A DNA stretch of 20,000 bases from Lama guanicoe (lineage: Eukaryota), in assembly GCA_013239625.1 (NCBI GenBank), contig MU053559.1, positions 1,539,088 to 1,559,087 on the forward strand, written 5' to 3'. The position numbers and the translations under genes are program-made. Shown here piece by piece: positions 13,072 through 20,000 of this stretch. Below the pieces are notes generated by a model. The model ran no database searches, had not been told where the DNA came from, and saw nothing but the letters and a program-made list of their open reading frames with translations. Each line of letters opens with the position of its first letter. The stretch's first letter is position 1.

Positions 13072-13409
13072 AAAACTGCAATGAGGTATCACTTCATGCT
13101 AGTCAAGAATGGCCGTTGTTAAAAAGTCTACAAATAATAAATGCTGGAAAGGGAGTGGAGAAGAAGGAACCCTCCTACACTGGTGGGAATGTAAATTGGT
13201 GCAGCCACTATGGAAGAAAGTATGGAGGCTCCTTAAAAAACTAAAAATAGACTTACCATATGATCCAGCAATCCTACTCCTGGGCACATATCCAGAGAAA
13301 ACTCTAATTTGAAAAGTTACATGCACCCCAATGTTCATAGCAGCACTATTTACGATAGCCAAGACATGGAAACAACCTAAATGTCCACCGACAGATAAAG
13401 ATGTGCGAT

Positions 13410-13438
13410 ACACACACACACACACACATATACATATA
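13410..13438. repeat. (CA)9-TA microsatellite within L1
   Basis: ACACACACACACACACACATATACATATA seen directly. Confidence 0.9.
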
Positions 13439-14698
13439 ATGGAATATTACTCAGCCATAAAAAATAAACTTATGCCATTTGCAGCAATGTGGATGGACCT
13501 AGAGATTACCATATTAAGTGAAGTAAGTCAGACAAAGACAAATATCATGTGATGTCACTTATATGTGTAATCTGAAAAAAAGATACAAATTTTATTTACA
13601 AATCAAAAATAGACTCTCAGATATAGAAAACATACTATAGTTATCAAAGGGGAAAGGGCAGGGGAAGGATAAATTAGGAGCTTGGGATTAACAGATACAC
13701 AATGCTATATATAAAATAGATAAACAGCAAAGACCTATTGTATAGCACAGGAAACTATATTCAATTTCCTGTAATAGCATTCAATGGAAAAGAACCTGAA
13801 AAGAAAAAATATTTATGTATGCATAACTGAACTGCTTTGCTATACACCTGAAACTAACACTGTAAATCAACTACATTTCAATAAGAATAAAATAAAATTA
13901 AAAAACTGTCCTATGAGAGAGAGAGAAGTTAAGATCTTGAAATTTACATGCTGACCCAGTATTTTTTTCAATTTTAAATTAGCACGACTGCAAATTTTTC
14001 TTTTTCTCAAATTGTTTAGAAAGCTGATGCTTATACTTCCTGTTGAGACAGTGTAAGTTCTTACCAAACCTGTCATATCATTCTTCCTTGCTAGCAGAAA
14101 TAAACTCCTGTACCTCTTGTCTAGCTTTTTATTTTAACAATGACAACGTTCTTTTTTATAGTTACTTACCCTATTGCCTCCTATTTGATAACCTTTACTT
14201 GAAACGGGTACTACCAAAGTATAATTTTCAAAAGAGCAAAAACAGAATTCTGATACAAAATTGACAGTAAGCCGGTATCCAATATTGATTTAATTCACTG
14301 ATAAGGAAGCCAAAAGTTCAACCAGCTGATTTAAAGAGGTTATGAGAAGTGGGGCTTTTTATAGTTAACAGAGAAAAAGGAATGCTGGAATAAGATTGCT
14401 ACCATGGATACAAAACTGGTTAATGTCCTAAGGAGCAGTAAAACCATATGCTTTGAGATCTTTTCTATTGACCAGAAAAGAAAACCATCACACTGTACGA
14501 GTTTTCTATAAATTAACCTCTAACTTTATAGACTTAAAAATATCTGGGTCCTAATCAACAGTAAATTATATGTCAATCAAGGTACATTCCTTTAGAGCAT
14601 CAGCTGAACCTTAGTTGGGCTTATTGGACAGTGTTCCAGAACAGCATTAAAAGGCCACGCAATTATCTTGCTTGTTAACACGTTCTGTCTATTTCTTC

Positions 14699-14884
14699 AT
14701 ACATATATGTGTATATATATATATAATTTATTTATTATTGTATTATTTAATTATTTTGTTTTGGCAAGGGGGGAGGTAATTAGGTTTATTTATTCATTTA
14801 TTTTTAGAGGAGGCACTGGGGATTGAACCCAGGACCTCATGCATGCTAAGCATGTGCTCTACCACTTGAGCTACACCCTCCTCA
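14699..14884 (-). mobile_element. Full-length camelid Vic-1-like tRNA-derived SINE with AT-rich/(TA)n tail
   Basis: Reverse complement GGAGGGTGTAGCTCAAGTGGTAGAGCACATGCTTAGCATGCATGAGGTCCTGGGTTCAATCCCCAGTGCCTCC-TCTAAAAATAAA..ACCTAATTACCTCCCCC; TSD CTGTCTA(T/A)TTCTTC at 14685-14698 and 14885-14898. Confidence 0.9.
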
Positions 14885-15166
14885 CTGTCTAATTCTTCTT
14901 AACACTACTCCAGGGCAATGTAATTGCTGGTATTTTCCGGTAATCTACAGCTAAATTGTAAGGCTTGAACTTTGGCATTCGTGTGCACCTCAAGAATTTT
15001 GGTCTGGAATTTGAAGCCTTGATGGTTCTCATCTCTGGGTTTCAGAGTTTTAAAAAAATGTTACGTCATGATTCGTTCTGATTTCTTGAGCTAAGAGTGT
15101 ACTGCCAAATTAGCCACACTGAGCAATGCCTCTGGGTGACAGAACAAGCAGGAAAATCTTAGGCTA

Positions 15167-15565
15167 TGTTATGGGTTGAATTGTGTTCCCTCAAAACTCA
15201 TATGTTGAAGTCCTAACCCCCAGTACCTCAGACTGTGACCTTATTTGGAGACAGGGTCTTCACAGAGGTTATTGAGTTAAAGTCAGGTCATTAGGGTGCG
15301 TGCTAATCCAATATGACCCATGTCCTGCTAGGAAGAGGAAATTGGGACACAGACAGGCACAGAGGGAAGACCATGTGAAGAGACACAGGGAGCGGACAGT
15401 CATCTACAAGTCAAGGAGAGGCCTGGACAGATCCTTCACTTACAAGGAATCAGCACTACATACACTTCGACCTGAGACTTCCAGACTCTAGAACTGTGAG
15501 ACGTTTCTGTTGTTTAAGCCCCCCAGTCTGATATTTTATTACAGCAGCCCTAGCAAACTAACACA
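15167..15565 (+). mobile_element. Complete MLT1B-like solo LTR (MaLR)
   Basis: TGTTATGGGTTGAATTGTGT...CAGCAGCCCTAGCAAACTAACACA, TG..CA ends, 399 bp, 5-bp TSD GGCTA/GGCTG. Confidence 0.92.
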
Positions 15566-15691
15566 GGCTGTGTATGGAAGTTTCCTTCCTGAAATCATAT
15601 GGAAGGATGATTAGTTTCGTTCAGGCTTATGATCAGAAGGCAACATCTCCCCGTGTGAGAGGTTTAGAGCACAGTTATTAACAGAGTCAAC

Positions 15692-16083
15692 AGAGTAAGC
15701 CAGAAGGGGAAAGAAAAACACCATATGATATCACTTAGATGTGGAATCTGAAAAAAAAAAGACACAAAAAACTTATTCACAAAACAGAAACAGACTCACA
15801 GACATAGAAAACAAACTTATGGTTACCATCGGGTGGAAGAGGGTGGGAAGGGATAAACTGGGGGTTCAGGATTTGCAGATATTAACTACTATATATAAAA
15901 TAGAGAAACAACAAGGACCTACTGTAGAGCACAGGGAACTATATTCAATATCTTGTAATAACCTATAATGAAAAATAACATGAAAAGGAATATAAGAATG
16001 TATATGTATGACTGAAACATTATTCCGTATTACAGAAACTGACACGACATTGTAAACTGACTATACTTCAATTAAAAAAAAAG
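15692..16083 (+). mobile_element. 5'-truncated L1 3' UTR
   Basis: GTAAGCCAGA..AAGAAAAACACCATATGATATCACTT...CTGACTATACTTCAATT plus polyA; TSD CAGAGTCAAC at 15682-15691 and 16085-16094. Confidence 0.9.
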
Positions 16084-16919
16084 CCAGAGTCAACGGGACT
16101 TTTTAGACTGGCCTGCTGGCTTTAAAGAGTTTCCCAAAGGACAAGAAACATATTTTAACAGTGGCTTTTAGTTCTGAAGAAACAGGACAATCAAAAAAAC
16201 CCTCTCTGAGTAAGGATTGTACTTCAACTTCTGAAGTCGTCTTTCACTCCATTGATAATGAAAAATGTTTCAGTTAGCACATAAGCCACTCTAGTCTATA
16301 TGTGCCATCCCCCTTCAAGATAAGTCCTAACGTCCTCAATGCACACTAAGATCCAGGAATATTACTGAGGATAGCAGCGGCCCTTCTGAAGTCAACGAAT
16401 ACAATGCAGTAATCTTGGAGTGGCTCCATGCACCTGCTTTCTGGGTCATATTATGGTCATATTATCAAAGACACAGAAGGATATGAGGAGCGTATAATGT
16501 TAACTAGATTCAGTAGCTGCCCATCCACAACACTTAGGCTCTCTCTGGCAAGAAAATGATTGCTGTAGGTGCAAGTTTTTCATTGATCTTCCTGTATGTG
16601 GTGAAGACAGTGGTCTGGTTGAAACTAATGAAGTTTTCTGAAAACCCTGTAAGTTGAAAAAATGTCTAGACGGAATTCTGAGACTCCTTCCCTGAGCACT
16701 GTAAAGGAGTGGCTCCACCCCCATTGCCCTGGTAACCTAGCACATCTCCACATAGGCTAAGGGAGACAAGGCTTGTCCCACAGCTGGATCTAAGTCTTGA
16801 TAGAATGCCTCTGAGAGCATGGGAAGCTTGTGAGGACTTGCTTTTGAAGCCTTTTCCCCACTCACCTCCATGTCTTCCCTGGGAGATATCAGTTTGGAAG
16901 AGTGTCATCCAATAGTTTC

Positions 16920-18034
16920 TTTTCTTAAGGAAATCTATTTGATATATAATATCACGTAAATTTATCAAGTCAACATGCTAATTTGATACACTTATATATT
17001 GTAATATGATTGCCATTGTAGCGATAATTAGCATTTCTGTCACATTACTTAATGATTTCTTTTTAGCGGCTGAAATAGTTATGTTCTAGTCTCTTAGCAA
17101 GTATGACGATTATGGTACAATATTGTTGTGCATATTCACTATACGATGCATCTGATCTCTAGGAATTTTCTTTTCTTTTTTTTTTTTAACATTTTTTATT
17201 GATTTATAATCATTTTACAATGTTGTGTCAAATTCCAGTGTTCAGCACAATTTTTCAGTCATTCATGGACATATACACACTCATTGTCACATTTTTTTCT
17301 CTGTGATTTATCATAACATTTTGTGTATATTTCCCAGTGCTATACAGTGTAATCTTGTTTATCTATTCTACAATTTTGAAATCCCAGTCTATCCCTTTCC
17401 TCCCTCCACCTCCCTGGTAACCACAAGTCTGTATTCTCTGTCCATGAGTCTATTTCTGTCCTGTATTTATGCTTTGTTTTTGTTTGTTTGTTTTTGTTTT
17501 TGAGATTCCATATATGAACGATCTCATATGGTATTTTTCTTTCTCTTTCTCGCTTACTTCACTTAGAATGACATTCTCTAGGAGCATCCATGTTGCTGCA
17601 AATGGCATTATGTTGTCAGTTTTTATGGCTGAGTAGTATTCCATTGTATAAATATACCACCTCTTCTTTATCCAGTCACCTGTTGATGGACATTTAGGCT
17701 GTTTCCATGTTTTGGCTATTGTAAATAGTGCTTCTATGAACATTGGGGTGCAGGTGTCATCCTGAAGTAGATTTCCTTCTGGATACAAGCCCAGGAGTGG
17801 GATTCCTGGGTCATATGGTATGATCTCTAGGACTTATTCACTACTCGTTGCAAGTTTGTCCACTTAAACAACATCTCGCCTATCTCCCACCCTCATCCCC
17901 ATAACCACCATTTAACTCTCTGTTTTTATGAGTTCGGCTTTTTTAGATTCCACATATAAGTGATACTATACAGTATTTGTCTTCCTCTGATTTAACTCAT
18001 TTAGCATAATGCCCTCAAGGTCTAACCAAGTTGT
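16920..18034 (-). mobile_element. L1MA9/10-like 3' UTR, split by a younger L1
   Basis: TTTGATACACTTATATATTGTAATATGATTGCCA...TCTCTTAGCAAG on the left; TTTTAGATTCCACATATAAGTGA...TTAGCATAATGCCCTCAAGG on the right. Confidence 0.8.
17168..17820 (-). mobile_element. Young camelid L1 3' end nested in L1MA
   Basis: ORF 17450-17788 [35 protein letters not shown]; poly-T at ~17170-17187; TSD TGATCTCTAGGA at 17153-17164 and 17821-17832. Confidence 0.93.
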
Positions 18035-18245
18035 GGAAGCAACCTAAGTGCCCATCAACAGATGAATGGATATACATGGATGTGTGTATATATGTGTGTG
18101 TACACATATATATACACACATGTATGCACACACATATATATATACACACACATATATAATGGATTTGATATATGTATATACATACACACACAATGGAATA
18201 TTACTCAACCACGAGGAAGAAGGACATCCTTCCATTTGGGATAAC
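18035..18245 (+). mobile_element. L1 ORF2-end fragment in opposite orientation (probable inverted 5' segment of the L1MA)
   Basis: GGAAGCAACCTAAGTGCCCATCAACAGATGAATGGATA...CAATGGAATATTACTCAACC..CATCCTTCCATTTG. Confidence 0.8.
18080..18192. repeat. Compound (TG)/(TA)/(CA) microsatellite
   Basis: Mostly alternating purine-pyrimidine tract seen directly. Confidence 0.9.
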
Positions 18246-18779
18246 GGGATCACTTCCTGGGTCCTGATAGGTAAGAGGCTTTCTGGCTCGCCCCTGTAGG
18301 GCCCAGCTACAGGCAATGAAACCACTTGACTGTAGTCTAGAACTGGCTTCTCAGCAATGGACATCCTATCATTTGTGTTGAAGTCATTTGGCCCCTTTTA
18401 CCTTAGTGCTGCCCTGCCCAAGGGTCACAGGGAGCCAGCACCTTTGGCTGCCCTTCCTCCTTTCACTGTTTTTGTGAGTGATAAACTAATCTAAAAAGGG
18501 TTTGTTGTTTCATTACCAGTAGAATCTGTCAGGTCTGCCTTTGCCTTGTGTTTGACACACATTTCACCTGCTATCCAGCCAGACACAAAGGCTAAGTTGT
18601 TCGGGGAAGATGGAGATGTGGGAAAAGCTTACCTGGGGCAAATCAGAGTGTGTCTTTCAACTCCCAGAATCACAGCATCCTCATTTTCTTTCCCAAATTC
18701 CCACTCGCATTTCTTTAATATTTTCATATAGGTGGCATTTGATTACAATGAGCAGCAAATAAATGGGTGCAATCATGGA

Positions 18780-19370
18780 AATGCAATCATCTATTACATA
18801 TTGAAAACATTTAAATTTCATTAGTAATGAAAATATGAAGGTTAAAACAATGTTAAATTTAGCAAAGTGCTGACAAGAGTATGGATTGTGGCAAGGAGGT
18901 ATCATCTTTCTGGAAAACAAATTGGCAATCTGTAAAAAGGAGCTTTTAATATGCCTACTCCCTTTGATCCAATAACTTCATTTCTAGGACTCTGACTTGA
19001 GGAAATAACCGGAAATGGTGATAGAGATCTATGAACAAATATTTTAAGTAATAATTGAAAATGGAGCACTAAATATTCATTAGCTTGAGATCATTCAGAA
19101 TATGGACACATTTTATGGAATACTATATAGGCATTTAAAATTATGCTGACAACATTTTTTTAATGTGTGAAATACTTTTATATGATATGGTGTAAAACAG
19201 AACACAAATTGCATATTGATGTGAAGAAAATCAATGTAAAATTTATGTGGGTTTTGAAAATGTGCAAGGGATTATACTAAAATAGTAACTGGTTGTCTGT
19301 GGATGGTAGGAATATAGTGACTATTATATTATTATTTGTATTTTCCAAATCAAAATGGGCATGTATTATA
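18780..19370 (+). mobile_element. Very old L1ME-like 3' end
   Basis: CTTTCTGGAAAACAAATTGGCAAT..CCCTTTGATCCAATAACTTCATTTCTAGGA..TTGTATTTTCCAAAT; highly diverged. Confidence 0.65.
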
Positions 19371-19427
19371 GGTTTAACTTGCTTCACCAAATTAAGTAAA
19401 AAACGTCACATCTTTAAAAATTTTTCC

Positions 19428-20000
19428 ACTTCCGGGCAAGATGGCAGAGAAGAAGGATGCTTGTAAGCCACCCTCTCCCACAAATACACCAAGACCCACA
19501 TCTACAGACCCACTCAGCCAACCAGAGCACCTGCGGAACTCCGACAGATCATCGCCCTCTTCAAAAGATAAAGACGCCAAAAATCTGAGAACTTGCTCCA
19601 CAAAGACAAACAAGCAGCTGGGTCTTGGCTCGGAGCAGGGAGGAGGCTGCCCCTCGGTCTTCCCCGAGCCCACCCACGGAGCGCGACCAGGGCGGAGCGC
19701 GACCGGGGCGGAGCGCCGAACGGGGCGGAGCGCGACCAGGGCAGAGCGCCGGCGCAAAGCGCGCAGCCGCACAGAGCAGCGGAGCTACCGGTGGCGCAGG
19801 CAGAGGGAGAGCGGCGCCCCCGCCTGTCAGGCAGGAACACAGCCCCTGACCGAGGTGCTGGGAGGGGGCACGACCCGCCCTCCTGCCTGGCCAGTCTGCA
19901 ACATCTGACTGCGGCATCGGGAGGGGCAGTGACCCGCCCGCCCGCAGCAGAGGAGAGCTGCATCTGACCCCGTGTTAGGCGGAGGCGCGATCTGCTTGCC
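19428..20000 (+). mobile_element. 5' UTR/internal promoter of a young, 5'-intact L1 (continues past window)
   Basis: Abrupt AT-to-CpG-rich transition after the endonuclease-type site TTT/AAAAA (19413-19420). Starts ACTTCCGGGCAAGATGGC (ETS core plus YY1 AAGATGGC at 19438-19445) and has internal GC-rich tandem repeats. Confidence 0.8.
19678..19750 (+). repeat. 16-bp GC-rich tandem repeat GGAGCGCGACC(A/G)GGGC, ~4.5 copies
   Basis: Units start at 19678, 19694, 19710 (17 bp variant), 19727 and 19743 (partial). Confidence 0.9.

Larger units (their letters stand above)
12683..13899 (+). mobile_element. 5'-truncated L1 (ORF2 end + 3' UTR), interrupted by a younger L1
   Basis: [40 protein letters not shown] and [20 protein letters not shown]-rich tail; TSD AAAAAA(TTT/CTG)TCCTATGA at 12666-12682 and 13900-13916. 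Confidence 0.93.
14420..16560 (-). mobile_element. Ancient RTE-clade LINE (MamRTE1-like) RT/3' region, fragmented by SINE, MLT1B and L1
   Basis: Collinear decayed motifs on the minus strand: RCMEPLQDYCIVFVDFRRA (16435-16379), TETFFIINGVK (16274-16242), GKLFKASR (16135-16112), NNCAL (15679-15665), FGSTL (15109-15095), GQ*KR (14473-14459). Boundaries approximate. Confidence 0.68.

Noticed and set aside
14810..14882. tRNA-Ala-like gene (also 12245-12308)
   Set aside because: Has a SINE tail and TSD, and the cloverleaf is degenerate; these are SINE heads, not tRNA genes.
10009..17788. ORFs with [19 protein letters not shown] (10009-10278, 13109-13552, 17450-17788)
   Set aside because: Truncated L1 ORF2 C-terminal remnants, not host genes.
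18246..18700. Moderately GC-rich unique segment that might be a processed pseudogene or exon
   Set aside because: No sustained frame or recognisable protein; only an isolated donor-like motif. A BLASTX/Dfam search would be needed.
19678..19750. CRISPR-like repeat array
   Set aside because: Head-to-tail repeats with no spacers, in a mammalian retroelement.
19428..20000. Second CpG island as promoter of a divergent host gene
   Set aside because: The sharp boundary at an L1 endonuclease site, terminal YY1 motif and tandem units fit an L1 5' UTR better.

Overview
Mammalian genomic DNA, most likely camelid (two Vic-1-like tRNA-derived SINEs). It contains the CpG-island promoter and first coding exon of RP2 (retinitis pigmentosa 2, ARL3 GAP; X-linked in other eutherians) on the minus strand: ATG at 6747, donor after 6646. 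Bases 1-6645 are RP2 intron 1 and ~7200-20000 is upstream intergenic DNA dense in transposons: L1s of several ages, MLT1 LTRs, MIR, L2, L3/CR1, MER53 and SINEs, ending in the CpG-rich 5' UTR of a young L1. All long ORFs other than RP2 exon 1 are L1 remnants or GC-rich artefacts. I found no convincing novel biological system. The most notable non-obvious signals are a near-perfect RFX X-box in intron 1 of this ciliary gene, a decayed RTE-clade LINE recognisable only after removing three nested insertions, several nested L1s with readable TSDs, a probable twin-primed L1 inversion, and a young L1 promoter whose antisense direction faces RP2. Repeat subfamily names are from recalled consensus sequences, not a database search.
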